From positions 20,522,001 to 20,586,000 of the forward strand of contig CM059426.1 of assembly GCA_030390025.1 (NCBI GenBank): a DNA stretch of 64,000 nucleotides, given 5' to 3'. This document shows positions 34,351-47,351 of this stretch, in pieces. Under the pieces are notes generated by a model. It ran no database searches, was not told where the DNA came from, and saw only the letters and a list, made by a program, of their open reading frames with translations. Made by a program: the position numbers and the translations under genes. The first letter of the stretch is position 1. Each line of letters starts with the position of its first letter. The stretch is from Squalus acanthias. Taxonomy: Eukaryota.

Positions 34351-35358
34351 CCACTGTGCAGTTGTCTGGAGGTCCCACCCAGCCTGTTAAAAAAAAAAAA
34401 ATTAGGGGGAACATTGTCCACCAACTCTTTGATTTAAAAATTCTCATCCTCATGTTAAAATCTCTCCATGGCCTCACCCCTTCCTATCTGAACTCGGCAG
34501 TGTGAGCGCTCCAAACCCGGCAGGGTAAGCCCTGTCCGTTCTCTGAAAGCAGTAGTGTTAGCAGTAGTGTAATCGATCAAATTACACGTTGCAATGATCT
34601 TGATTATTCAGGCAGGCAGGCTCTAATTACACGTTCCAGACAAACTGTTTGGTCACCTTTGTGGACAAGACACACCCATCAGAAATCTGGTCTTGTCCTC
34701 CAAGGGGACCAATCAGAACTTTGGTGTTACAAATAGTTACAGCCATATTGCTAGAGTCATAGAGTTATACAGCACAGAAAGAGGCCCTTCGGCCCATCGT
34801 GTCTGCGCCGGCCATCAAGCCCTGCCTATTCTAATCCCATTTTCCAGCACTTGGTCCGTAGCCTTGTATGCTATGGCGTTTCAAGTGCTCATCCAAATGC
34901 TTCTTGAATGTTGTGAGGGTTCCTGCCTCTACCACCCTTTCAGGCAGTGAGTTCCAGATTCCAACCACCCTCTGGGTGAAAAAGTTTTTCCTCAAATCCT
35001 CTCTAAACCTCCTGCCCCTTACCTTGAAACTATGCCCCCTGGTTATTGACCCCTCTACTAAGGGGAAAAGTTCCTTTCTATCTACCCTATCTATGACCCT
35101 CATAATTTTGTACACCTCAATCAGGTCCCCCCTCAGCCTTCTCTGCTCTAAGGAAAACAACCCCAGCCTGTCCAGTCTCTCTTCATAGCTGAAGCGCTCC
35201 AGCCCAGGTAACATCCTGGGGAATCTCCTCTGCACCCTCTCCAATGCAATCACATCCTTCCTATAGTGTGGCAACCAGAACTGCACACAGTATTTCAGCT
35301 GTGGCCTAACTAGCGTTTTGTACAGCTCCATCATAACCTCCTTGCTCTAATATACTAT

Positions 35359-35449
35359 AGTGAGAAGTCGCACAACACCAGGTTATAGTCCAACAGTTTT
35401 ATTTGAAATCACAAGCTTTCGGAGCTGCTGTTCCTTCATCAGGTGAAGT
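35359..35449 (-). mobile_element. Short Penelope pLTR insertion inside CR1
   Basis: Near-identical to 31647-31728; interrupts CR1 coding sequence. Confidence 0.85.
35409..35446 (-). ncRNA. Minimal type I hammerhead ribozyme motif
   Basis: UCAC-CUGAUGA-A-GGAAC-AGCA-GCUCC-GAA-AGCU-U-GUGA. Core and stem I intact, one mismatch in stem II. Confidence 0.8.
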
Positions 35450-38400
35450 CTTTGCCTCGGCTAATGAAGGCAAGTATCCCATATGCCTTCTTAACCACCT
35501 TATCTACCTGTTCTGCTGCCTTCAGGAATCTATGTACATGCACACCAAGGTTCCTCTGATCCTCTGTCCTTCCTAGGGTCCTACCATTCATTGTGTATTC
35601 CCTTGCCTTGTTAGTCCTCCCAAAATGCATCACCTCACTTTTCAGGGTTAAATTCCATTTGCCACTGTTCTGCCTATCTGACCAACCCGTCTATCTCATC
35701 CTGTAGCCTGAGGCTTCCCTCCTCGCTATTTATCACTCTACCAATTTTCATGTCATCTACGAACTTACTGATCATACCTCCTACATTCATATCTAAATCA
35801 TTAATGTACACTACAAACAGCAAGGGACCCAGCACCGATCCCTGTGGTACACCACTGGACACAGGCTTCCAGTCACAAAAAGAACCTTCGACCATCACCC
35901 TCTGTCTCCTGCCACTAAGCCAATTTTGGATCTAATGTGCCAAATTGCCCTGGATCCCATGGGCTCTTACCTTCTTGACCAGTCTCCCATGCGGGACTTT
36001 GTCAAAAGCCTTACTGAAGTCCATGTAGACTACATCAAATGCACTACCCTCATCCACACACCTAGTCACCCCCTTGAAAAATTCAATCAAATTGGTTAGA
36101 TATGATCTCCCCCTGACAAAGCTATGCTGACTATCCTTGATTAATCCTTGCCTCTCCAAGTGGAGACTAATTCTATCCCTCAGAATTTTTACCAATAATT
36201 TCCCTACCACTGATGTTAGGCTCACTGGCCTGTTATTCCCTGGTTTATCCCTACTACTCTTCTTGAATAATGGTACTATGTTAGCTGTCCTCCAGTCCTC
36301 TGGCACCTCCCCTGTGGCCAGAGAGGTTCTGAAAATTTGTGTCAGAGCTCCTGCAATCTCCTCCCTTGCCTCACATAGCAACCTGGGATACATCTCGTCT
36401 GGGCCTGGGGATTTATCCACTTTTAAGCCCACTAAAACCGCTAGTACCTCCTCCCTCTCAATGCTAATTTGTTCAAGTATATCACAATCCCCCTGCCTGA
36501 TTTCTATGCCTACATCGTCCTTCTCCATAGTGAACACAGATGCAAAATATTCATTTAAAACCTCACCCACATCTTCCAGCTCTTCACACAGATTGCCACT
36601 TTGGTCCCTAATGGGCCCTACTCTTTCCCTGGTTATCCTCTTGCCCTTAATATACTTATAAAACACCTTGGGATTTTCCTTTATTTTGCCCACCAGTGTT
36701 TTTTCATACCCCCTCTTCGCTCTCCTAATTTCTTTTTTAAGTACCCCCCTGCACTTTCTATACTCCTCTAGGGCTTCCACTGTTTTTAGTCCTTTGTATC
36801 TGCCAAAACCCTCCCTTTTTTTCCTAATCCATTCTTGTATATCCCTTGACATCCAGGGCTCATAATGTATTGCTGGTGATGTGCTCAGAGAGCACCAGAT
36901 TTGTAGGGGTAACATTTCCTGCTTGCAAACGCTTACTAACATTTTGATTTGAGCACTTTAAGGGAAGCACATCAGACTTTTGAGGCAAAAGTCCACCAAA
37001 GCAGGTATACTGGGTGATGTTAGTGAAACGCCAGAGCCACCCAGGGGAACAAATATCCCTCCTTCCCGTGTAGCATCCATTTACAACGGGCACTGAGTGG
37101 CTGGCACAGTCCTTCAGAGCACCAAACCATATTATGGAGAGCAGTCATTTGTATTTGCATTGCTGAACGGGCCTTGACCATCAGCCTTGCGCACAGTGCA
37201 ACCCCCAGATCCTAACGCCCGAGGATCCCTGTCCACATTACCCAGCTATCAATTCATCAGGCTCCACGTCTGAAAACAGGATTATGGATTACATTATCGG
37301 CTCCATCAACTGACTATACATAGCACCATGAATATTCAAATCTAATACTTTTTGTTGCACTACTATGCACTTTTAATATATTGTTATAGTTTTCAAAAAT
37401 TCAAATTTGATATGTACATCATCAGTTTTTTTACACTTCTCAGTCAGGAAGATTAACACTGTACTTTGATGTTAAATAATTAAAACCGTGCGCAATGTAC
37501 CTTCACGTACAATAAGGTCCGAATCCTCTTGATTGAGAAGGGTAGGGGGAAAAATAAATGTATCACTTTTCGAACTTTATCCCTCAAATTCCTCGTTAAC
37601 TCCAAAAAGTAGTTTTGTTTCAGTAGATATTAAGTTTGGAGGACAATTTAAAGTTTGATTGAATGGGAACAGTTGAGAAATATGCACACCATTGCCTTCT
37701 CTTGCACACCTGACAATAGCTGGTTACAGCCTAGTATTGTCACAAAGCCAGCTTGTCCTAGCCTTGGATGATTCCTGGAAAAATAATAAAGAGCTAAATG
37801 ATGTCTCTACACTACTTGAACAGAACATTGTTCAACATAGATTTTTTTTCATAAAAAGTTCTGTTCTATTAAAGTACAAGGCGGCAAATGCAGAATACAT
37901 ATTGCTGGAGGCTTTGCATATTACAGTCGTGCGAGGAACAAACCAGCCTGAATTTGACATTGATCTTTATTTTCACTACAGATTGTCTGCCTGTGCCACT
38001 GCCAAGTACTTTTTCTGACTCATAACTCTTTGAATTTAGCAGTGATCATTTTTCTATTCTAAGTCATGAAATGTTTCTGCATTAATCTATATTGCAAACA
38101 GTCACGCTTCTGCATCAGTCCAAGCACAATGAGACTGCTGATTGGTCAATTTTATCACATGATCTAACCTTAATTTGACACATGGATTACTGAGTACTGT
38201 GGCTGTCAAGTAAACAAGGAAGTTGTCTGGGCAATTGAAAAGTAATAAAGGGAGATTCTTTTTGCAGTAATCGCTCATTGGATCACTTTTCTCTTCAGAT
38301 TTAAGGGAGAAAAATTATTTGCTGGGCTTACAGTATGCCAGTTCTCACTTACTGGCTTTTATTTTAAGGTATTGGTTTTACTTCTAATCTCCGACAGCGT

Positions 38401-38595
38401 CAGTTCTTGCTTCCATTCTGTTTGCTTTGTGCATGTTAAAATTATCTCTTAAGATTTCAGAACTTAGCATTACAATTATAGCTCAATACTATTAAACACT
38501 ACACAAGGTAAATGCCTTAAACAATTCACCTCCCTCTGGTGCTGTATCACTTGTTACAACTATAATGCCTGCTGTGAGGTGGCTAAAAATCACCA

Positions 38596-39200
38596 GGGGG
38601 AAAAATTGGGTTGCTTTGTGCCTCCCGTTAGCGCGCCCAGGGGGCGCAAAGCTCCTAGTGCCCGAGCATGGCGCCGTTAACGCCTCCCACGAAATTCAGC
38701 AGGAGGGTAGCGTCACCGCCATGCGCAGTGCCCCGCTCACAACCTTGGGTTGCGCCCCCTGACCTATCGCTGGACGATATGTCCGACAGGGTCAGAGTAG
38801 CGTTTTTGCAGGCGCAGCGGCGCTACTTAAAGGGCAGGTGTCGGGCTGCCATTTTTTTGGGCCAACTGCCAGCACCTGCCCCCTTCCCCTTTTTTCTTTG
38901 GGGTGCCGGCCACAACCGCTCAGCTCGGCGCTGCTCGAGTGCCGGGCTGTTTTCACGGCACCCCGCTCCCCTGGTGGTCGAGCAGAGCCCCGGTGCACAC
39001 AGCGCTAGGCCCCTTCCCTTTAATCAAGGGAGGGAGGCCTGCAATAACGCGGCGCTATGTGCCGACGCGTGTGGCGCTGTTGCACGTAGCGCCGCAAAAT
39101 TCACTAGTAGCACCCCAAGGTAGCGCCCCACGCTTGGGGCGCTACTACTGAATTTCCGGTGCAGGGGCGCTAATAGGGGGCGCCACTGAATTTTACCCCC
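38596..39200. mobile_element. GC/CpG-rich MITE, probably Harbinger-type
   Basis: TIRs GGGGGAAAAATT / AATTTTACCCCC; repeated tagcgcccc/ggggcgcta motifs; sharp GC boundary with the flanks. Confidence 0.7.
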
Positions 39201-39259
39201 TCAGTGTCTAAGAGAACAAGCTTGCAGGTGTTGAAGGAGCCAGGGGACAACAAACAACA

Positions 39260-40040
39260 GCTTAGACTTAAATAGCTTCTTTATCATAAGATGTCCCCAG
39301 GAGCTTCACAGCTGGATATCAGCCCCAAGCAGTAGGGGAGGAGGCTGAAAGTGCTGTTGAACAGCAAGGTTTAAAGGAGGATTTTGGGGGTATGGAAGAG
39401 ATGTAGCCAGAGTACAAGGTTTAGAGAGGGTGTTCCGAATGTGGGGGCCACATAGATAAAGGCTCTTCCACTGAAGGTAGACTGGAGGACACGGCTCAAA
39501 GTGGTTACAAAAGTATGGAAGACGAGGCCATGGAGGGAGTTGAAGATGAGGACAAGGAAATTGAAGTCGATAGCCTGAGAACAAGGAACCAACAGAAGTC
39601 AGCAAGGATCAGGTGATACCCAAGTGGGCTTTTTAGAGTAAGATACATCTCAGGGGGTTCGGGATGAATTGGAGTTTATGTTGGTTGGAACTCGTTAAGC
39701 CAGCAAAGAGCATGTTGGAAAGGTTTTATCTGAAGATGACAAAGGTGTGGATGATAGCTTCAGCAGCAGTGGAGGGCATGAGGTAGGGCTAAACAATAGG
39801 TGATGTTTCATATACGGAAATACACAGTCTTGGTAATGTAGGATGTCAGGATTGAAACTCAGCTAAGAGCCGAGCGGCACACCAAGATTATGTGCTATCA
39901 GGCAGAGCAAGGAGGGGGATGCAATTAGTACAAGAGCAGAGTAATGGCTGAGGGCCAAAAAGGATGGGTTTGGCCTTGCAATATCGAGCTGCAAAACAAT
40001 CTAGCTCATCCACTTAATATCAAATAAACAATCCAACAGC
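39260..40040 (-). mobile_element. L2 LINE relic
   Basis: IDFNFLVLIFNSLHGL, RAFIYVAPT.G and LIHTF-like remnants. Confidence 0.65.
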
Positions 40041-40054
40041 ATGTTTACTATATT

Positions 40055-40630
40055 TTTTTAATTCATTCACAGGATGTTGGCCTCACTGGCAAGGCCAGCA
40101 TTTATTGCCCATCTCTAATTGCCCTTGAGAAAGTGGTGGTGAGCTGCCTTCTTGAACCACTGTAGTCCATGTGGTGAAGGTACACCCGCAGTGCTGTTAG
40201 GAAGGGTGTTCCAGGATTTTAACCCAGCGATGAGGTGTGATTTGGAGGGGGACTTGGAGGTGATGGTGTTCCTATACGCCTGCTGCCCTTGTCCTTCTAG
40301 GTGGTAGAGGTCATGGGCTTGGGAGATACTGTCGAAGAAGCGTTGGCGAGTTGCTGCAATGCATTTTGTAGATGATGTACACTGCAGCCACGGTGCGCCG
40401 GTGGAGGGAGGGAGAGAATATTTAAGATGGTGGATGGGGTGCTGATTTAGCGAGCTGCTTTGTCCTGGATGGAGAGTATTCCATCACACTCCAGACTTGT
40501 GCCTTGTAGGTGGTGGAAAGGCTTTGGTGAGTCAGGAGGTGAGACACTCGCCGCAGAATACCCAGCCTCTGACTAGCTCTTGTAGCCACAGTATTTCTGT
40601 GGCTGGTCCAGTTAAATTTCTGGTCAATGG
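40055..40630 (-). mobile_element. Second LINE family, 3' fragment
   Basis: Homologous to 10845-11470 and 51563-52200. Confidence 0.88.
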
Positions 40631-43571
40631 TTGCAAGGTAGAATCTTATTGGGCAGTCTGCAGTCGAACAGTGGTGGGAGACCCATTGAAGTGATGGATG
40701 GAATGGAATGGAAGGGATGGATGGAATTGTGAGGAGTGGGGGTGGAGGTGAAGGTTAGAGATAATTGATATGCAAAACAGTATCAGCATTTACACAGTTC
40801 ATTATGAATTGTGTTTTAAGTGCAGAGCATTTTGTGGGATACAGGAAATCGAATAAAAAGCCCCTGTGAGTGACACAAGTGACCGAGTCATGAATGGGTT
40901 ATGTTGGTAAGGTTAAAAGTGGAATATTTTTGTGTTTAACTGTTGTACCATTTCCTTTTCAGAGTTGAAACTGGAACTTTTTGACTGGGAGCTTGTTTCT
41001 GTGGTAGTAAAGTATTACCTACCACAAGTCAACAAAATGGTCAAAGATGCCTAGTTGCCATGGTGCAGTGGCTAGCTTTAGATTTAAAATCTATCAATGT
41101 TATCTCTTGGGCACTTGTTTAAATTGTTAGCATTAAGCCCCATCTGTCATTTGCAATATCTGTAATGAGGAAATAAATATTTGGAAGAAGACTGCAAGAA
41201 GCAAATGTTTCTTCTGGTTCTTCCCTGACAACACTTATAAGCTTCTGAGAGCTTAGTTACCTGGTGACAACTGAACTGGACATCATTGGATGAATCTTTC
41301 CACTCAGCCAAGATGAATACTTCAGTAAACTACTGTAGACGTGAACTGAGAAATCAAGGTTGGCAGGGACAGAAGTGCATACAGAAAACTGCATGAGCGC
41401 CCAATACTTAATGCTTCCGACATACTAATGGGGAAGACAACAAAAATCTAAATTCTCAATTTGTCAATGAAGGGTGAGGTCTCATAGGTCATAAAATAAG
41501 TCATGCATATGCAACATGGGGCAAGCTCTCCAGTTCAGTCAATAGGAAAGTTGTGCGTGTTTGCAGTCGGTCGGGTAAGAATACATTAAGAGGTTGTCAG
41601 TCTTGGCTGGGCTCTCTGATGAAACAGCAACTCACTGGGAGTTGTACAAACTGTTGGTATGCTGACTGCTACAGAAAGAAAAGGACTTGAACAAGAATGA
41701 TGAATGTCAATATGTGCTTTATTCATCCGGAAGCAGTGATTCAAGTCATGTGTATAACACCATGATTAACCCTGTAAGGACCAAGGTTACGTGTTAATTT
41801 AAAATGATTATTTACATCCATATATGCACACACAGAAATGCAGTATCAGAAACATATTGTTTTGGTATATCCAGAGAAATGGCTTTATTTTCTTCAGTGT
41901 TAGAACCTGAGGAACTAATTGTGTAGGCCTTGGATGATGCAACTAAAGTCTGAAAAGTGAGTGTCTAGGGCACACCAATGCTCACAAAAGAAAGAGCCAG
42001 AAGCCCTCTCCTCTTCTTGATCTGTTGCTTGAATATAACAAGCTTTAATGAGCAGTTTTACTTGCTATGTCTCTAAACCATCTCAATATAATACTGTACT
42101 AATAAGGATTTATATTGGGAAGCAATATTTTCCCACAGATTTTTATCATGTAAAAATTACTTTTTGACTCATGCAAAATGTCAATTAGGTTACAAAGCAC
42201 AGAAATTAGTAAAGAGACTATATTAAAAAAAATACTTTAACACTGGCTTTAAAGTCTTTGTGAGTGTATTTTCTGCCCATTTCAGAAGACAAGGTTTGGA
42301 TTAATTGAAAAACATAAACCCGCCCATCAAATCTGAGCCTCCATGGTTCTGTTTGAGAGATTTGAGAATCAGACACAGCGCCCAAAGGGTTTTGGTCAAG
42401 ACATTAGTTATTTAATGGAATGCAATTACTTTGGTGGTAATACATTAATAAATAAATGTTACGGTCTTAGTAGTGCAGTCTTCGCTGGAAAAATAATGCA
42501 AAGCTAAAAATCTTCAACTTCATGTTTGCCATATATTAAAACAAAGACTTCAAATGAGCAGCCTGAAACCTAGCAGCATCACCATCAACGGTGCTCAGAT
42601 TATATGTAAAAATAGTTCTCTTTAAAATATGTTCATTATATATGTGAGCAAACGGGATTGCAGTGTGTTAATTAGAATAGGTTTCCATTGTAACAAATAC
42701 AGCCCGAAACATGTGTTCACAAAGGAATACTCTGCATAGCTAGCCTTGTCTTAACTTTCGTTTAACTATGCATAAGCCTATTTCCTAAAGGAGTGCAAGA
42801 TAAAATACTTTAATGCAAGCCACTTTCCCCATCACTTAATCCATTTTTAAATGTCAGATACTCCATCTTCATTAACTTGATTCTTCCTATTCAGTGCCCT
42901 GATTTGTTTTTTTAATGTTCATGAATATCAGTGTCACTATTTCAATCCATGAACTAAATAGTGTCAGTTTTGTATTTTTGACCATTTCTTAGTTTTAAAA
43001 ACACAATGCTCACTTTTTCATAAGTACTAGCAGACCTCCTGCAATGTGGCACGCGGTAAGTCTGTGGATACGTTACATGTAGTTGGGCTGCTGTAGCAGT
43101 GGAGCTGGGACAGTGCCTCCGCAGGCCATGACCATCTGCAGACGCTGGTAACATGTTTGTTTAATGTATCTCAGACACACATTGTATGCATGTCTCATCT
43201 TGAAAACATTCACTGATGTTCTGTCTGGGATTTAAACAGGACCTCTGTTCGCTCTCTTCTGCCCCCATCTCAAACACAGCTCCTTCTCTCTAATCAAATT
43301 TGACTTTTACTTTTGTTTCTTATCCTCATGGTTGCTTCCTCTTTTTTTCTTCTCTCTCCTTTCTTAAATTTCTTCTTTCTCCTCTCTTCTTTCCTACCTT
43401 TAATATTATTTTCCTGTCTGTTTAGTTTCTCTCATGTTTTTGTTTCTTCTTGCTTACTGAACCTATTCTACTTTTTTGGCCCATCACTACTTTGCCCTGG
43501 TTCCTGTCCACATGCGGTGCATAGCTACAAAAAATAAAGACAAAACTTTAACTTCATTGTATAACAAAAGG

Positions 43572-43716
43572 GAATTGAATAAATACTTGAAAAGGAAAAA
43601 TTTGCAGAGCTGTGGCGAAAGAGCAGGGGAGTGGGACTAATTGGATAGATCTTTCAAAGAGCCAGCACAGGCCCGATGGGCCGAACGGCCTCCTTCTGCG
43701 CTCTAAGATTCTATGA
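43572..43716 (+). mobile_element. CR1 tail fragment
   Basis: Matches 13195-13345 (gatgggccgaacggcctccttctg). Confidence 0.8.
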
Positions 43717-45029
43717 AACGGCCAGCAAAATTTTTAAAAAACAGTCTGGAGAAAAATCAGTATGCATGGATTAACTTTCCGGTTGGGCCCGATGCTTCTC
43801 ACTGCGATGAGGCTCACGTTTTTTTTTAAAAGGCAGAATGTTACCCATTTTAGAAAATTTACAATAAAGTAACGCAAACAAAAAATGCTAAAAAGCAGCA
43901 CTCGAGTACACGTTGATGATGCTTTGTGGCTTTTTATGCACCATTCAAATTCCGAGTCCAGCCCTATGGTGCACGTGTGCAGTGAATCTAATTGACAAAA
44001 TCAGTAATTTAAAAGTACCAGAAACTAATTGAAACAAAGCATAAAATATCACACATGCAGGACCATGCAATCGCTGGACAAGCATAATTCAGACTCCTTT
44101 TGGCTACACAAAATGGATGGTTAAGGCCAACTAATAATGAAAAGTGCAGTCAGGTACTGGAAATTAAGCCATTATATGGGTCTCAGAGGAAATGTTTTCC
44201 AGTGATTTACAGCACTGCATAGACAACCTTCATTGGTAGGTTGGAAATTCAGGATTGGTTGTTTAGCTATATCTTTAGCGGTTTCTCAATAGTAGTTTTA
44301 CAGACATTGTCTTCACTATTGATTCATAACCTTCTCCATTCTGATTTATTGGTGTTTTACAAATATGAAATTTCAGCCAATGGGCTGCAATACACTTGCA
44401 TATAAGGAAGTGCAATGCTGAAGAGTGATAGAGGAAGTATGATGAAAACATATGCTAGCTTGTTTTTTTAATAATTACAGTATGTCAGATGACACGATAT
44501 TTCATAGGGCAGGAGGTATTAAACCATGTAAGATGCAGTGTAATATTCTGCTAAAATGGAGTCTCCGTAAGGCTAGTAAGTCTAATTGTTATTAGGAAAA
44601 TAGAGGCTCAGTTCAATCAGAGGTTAATTGTTGGTCATTCAGGGGACTTTGAAGATTGGAATGTGTTGGTCAGTTTAAGAGTGCAGGTGAGAACCACTGA
44701 GTATTTTTAAATTGTTTACTATCGAAGCTATGATGCTCGAGTGTGATAGACATAAAGCATACATCTCTACCATTTGTTGTTATATTAACTAGCAGGTCTC
44801 CCAGGCGAGTGCTTACGTTCAGTTGGAGGATATGCTGTTTTATAACAAAGCTGTGTTATCAACAAAGTGTGGTAAGAAAAGTGTAACAGGAAATAAAATT
44901 GACACTTTACAGGAAGTGCTCGCTATGTGCAAGGCTTTTGATATGTTATAGATGTGGTAAGCCAGATCGATATATTATAGATAGATATATGCTTTAGATA
45001 TAAATATGAACACAATCTACTGAATTGCT

Positions 45030-45385
45030 GCAGGAGTGCTGCATTGTCAGAGGTGCCGTCCTTTGGTTGAGACATTAAACTGAGGTCCCCCAACTCGGGC
45101 AGATGTATAAGGTCCCATGGCTATTTGAAGGAGAGCAGGGAGCCCACCCCGCCGCCACCCCCCACCCCACATCCTGACCAACATTCCTCCATCAACTGAC
45201 ACCACTGAAAAAACAGATGATCTGGTCATTCATCTGTGGGACTTTGTTGTAAACAAATTGACTAACGTGTTTGTCTACATAACAATAGTGACTCAACCTC
45301 AAAAAGTAGTCCATTGAATTGAAAGTGCTTTGGAACTTCCTGAGAATGTAACAGGTGCCGTATAAATGTATGTACTTTCTTTCTT
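45030..45385 (+). mobile_element. Deu-domain SINE
   Basis: ggagtgctgcattgtcagaggtgccgtcctttggttgagacattaaactgagg core and atataaatg-like tail; homologous to 8772-9220. Confidence 0.78.
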
Positions 45386-45451
45386 TCAAGCAAGTCCCTC
45401 TGTAATATAAAGAATATGAATCATAAAAGTCGCCTTCATTTCTGCATGTCA

Positions 45452-47194
45452 GAGTCATAACGGCACAGAAGGAGACCATTCAGCCCATCTAGTCCATGCC
45501 GGCTCTCTGTCGAGCAATCCAGTCAGTCCCATTCCCCCGCTCTATCCTCGTAACCCTGCAAGTTTATTTCCATCAAGTGCCTATCTAGTCTCCCCTTGAA
45601 ACCATCGAGTGTCTCCGCTTCCACCACTTCCGTTGGCAGCGAGTTCCAGGTCCTCACCACTCGCTGCGTAAAGAAGTTTTTCCTCACATCCCCCCTGTAT
45701 CTCTTGCCCAAAACCTTAAATCTGTGTCCCCTAGTCCTTGTACCATCAACTAGTGGGAACAGCCTTTCCCCGTCTAGCCTATCCAAACCCGTCCTAATCT
45801 TGTACACCTCTATCAAATCAACTCAACCTCCTTTGCTCTAATGAAAACAAATCCAGCTTCTCCAACCTGTCCTTGTAGCTAAGATCCCCCATCCCTGGAA
45901 GCATTCTGGTAAATCTCCTCTGCACCCTCTCAAGTGCCTTCACATCCTTCCTAAAGTGTGGTGACCAGAACTGGACGCAATACTCCAGTTGTGGCCTAAC
46001 CAGCGCTTTATAAAGGTTCAGCATAACTTCTCTACTTTTGTACTCAATGGGCTGGATTTTGCCAATGGGGAGTTTTTGGAGGCGGGACTCCCACTTGTCG
46101 GGTTTCAGTCCCGCCTCCATCAACTTCTGGCCAACCTACACTATTTTCCCTTGATTGACTTTGTTAAGCCCGCCCAGCGGGCTTAGCAGGACAATTAAGG
46201 GAAAACCGGTTATAGAGAACGTCAACGTATGACGTTTCATCTGTCAAAAAATTTTGACAGTTGATTTGTCATCGTTTGACAGCTCTGTGAAGCTGTCAAA
46301 CACTGACATTCTTTGTAGTTTGATGAGTTCTTGAATTCAAGACTCATCAAACCTCTTTATTTAGCAGAAATTAGATGGTTGCTGCATTGGAGAATGCAGC
46401 GGCCATCTGTCATCTCTGCCGCGGAGGTGCGAGACTCTCCGCATACCCAACTCTTGAAGCCTGCAGGAAGAAACAAAGGTAAGTAAACTTTTACTAACAC
46501 TTTCCACTTACCTCACATACTCACCTCTCCAGACTTGCACCCATCACTTACCTTCACAGCGCACTTTTGTACCCTTCCGACCCCTGAAGACCCACTGCTC
46601 GCCTCAGTGACCCTGGCGGGGTTCGGAGCCTTCAGGAAGTCCGCACTTGTGTGGGTAAATTGGGGATTATCCTCTTATCAGCCCGTTAACTACCTGTTAA
46701 CAGGCAGATAAGTGGCACTAATTCCCTTCCAGCCTCCAAGGAGACGGGACCCGGCGCGGGTTGGCTACCCGCCTCCTGGCAAGATGGCATGGAGGCGGGT
46801 TGGGGGCGGGTTGGGCACCTGCCCACAGATTCTGCCATTTTCCCAGCAGTCCCGCCTCCCCAGGGCTGGCAAGATCGCGCCCAATACCTCTATTTATGAA
46901 GCCCAAGATCCCATATGCTTTGCTAACCACTCTCTCAATATGTCCCGCCACCTTCAGGGACCTATGCACATTAACTCTCAGGTCCCTCTGTCCCTGCACA
47001 CTATTTAAAACTGGACCATTAAGTGTATATTGCCTCTCCCTGTTCCTTCTGCCAAAATGCATCACCTCACACTTCTCTGTATTAAATTCCATCTGCCACT
47101 TGTCTGCCCATTCTGCTAGCCTTTCTATGTCCTGTTGCAGTCGATTGGTATCATCCTCACTGTTTGCCACACCCCCAAGTTTGGTGTCATCGGC
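45452..47194 (-). mobile_element. CR1 LINE 3' half interrupted by MITE 46049-46882
   Basis: ADDTKLGG..GFINRGI|[36 protein letters not shown]; the sequence is continuous across the MITE. Confidence 0.93.
46049..46882. mobile_element. Non-autonomous Harbinger element (834 bp)
   Basis: TIRs GGGCTGGATTTTGCCA / TGGCAAGATCGCGCCC with a perfect 3-bp AAT TSD inside a CR1 reading frame. Confidence 0.88.
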
Positions 47195-47197
47195 AAG

Positions 47198-47320
47198 AGG
47201 TGATAGCCTCTTCCCCGGTACTCCAAGAATGGCATCGCTCTGTTTTCTAATTTGTACCAGCAGCAGTTCCACATCAGCCTCTGAAAAATTAGATACATTG
47301 TCGGATTCTGAGGGAGGTGA
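47198..47320 (-). pseudogene. Myb/SANT-like (NAIF1/MSANTD-type) domain N-terminal fragment
   Basis: SNFSEADVELLLVQIRKQSDAILG resembles the FS..E...LL.......IL.G start of Harbinger Myb-like proteins. Confidence 0.5.
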
Positions 47321-47351
47321 GGGAGGGAATTGCTGAAGCTCAACAAATGAC

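Larger units (their letters stand above)
34752..36860 (-). mobile_element. CR1 LINE, 5'-truncated
   Basis: ORFs 35932-36942, 35674-35898 and 34831-35334 ([32 protein letters not shown]); tail ctctatgactct. Confidence 0.95.

Noticed and set aside
33633-34477. 263-aa and 278-aa minus-strand ORFs
   Set aside because: Same minisatellite artefact.
34527-34548. REST/RE1-like site (ttcagagaacggacagggc on minus)
   Set aside because: The left half lacks CACC and the spacing is one base short of the consensus.
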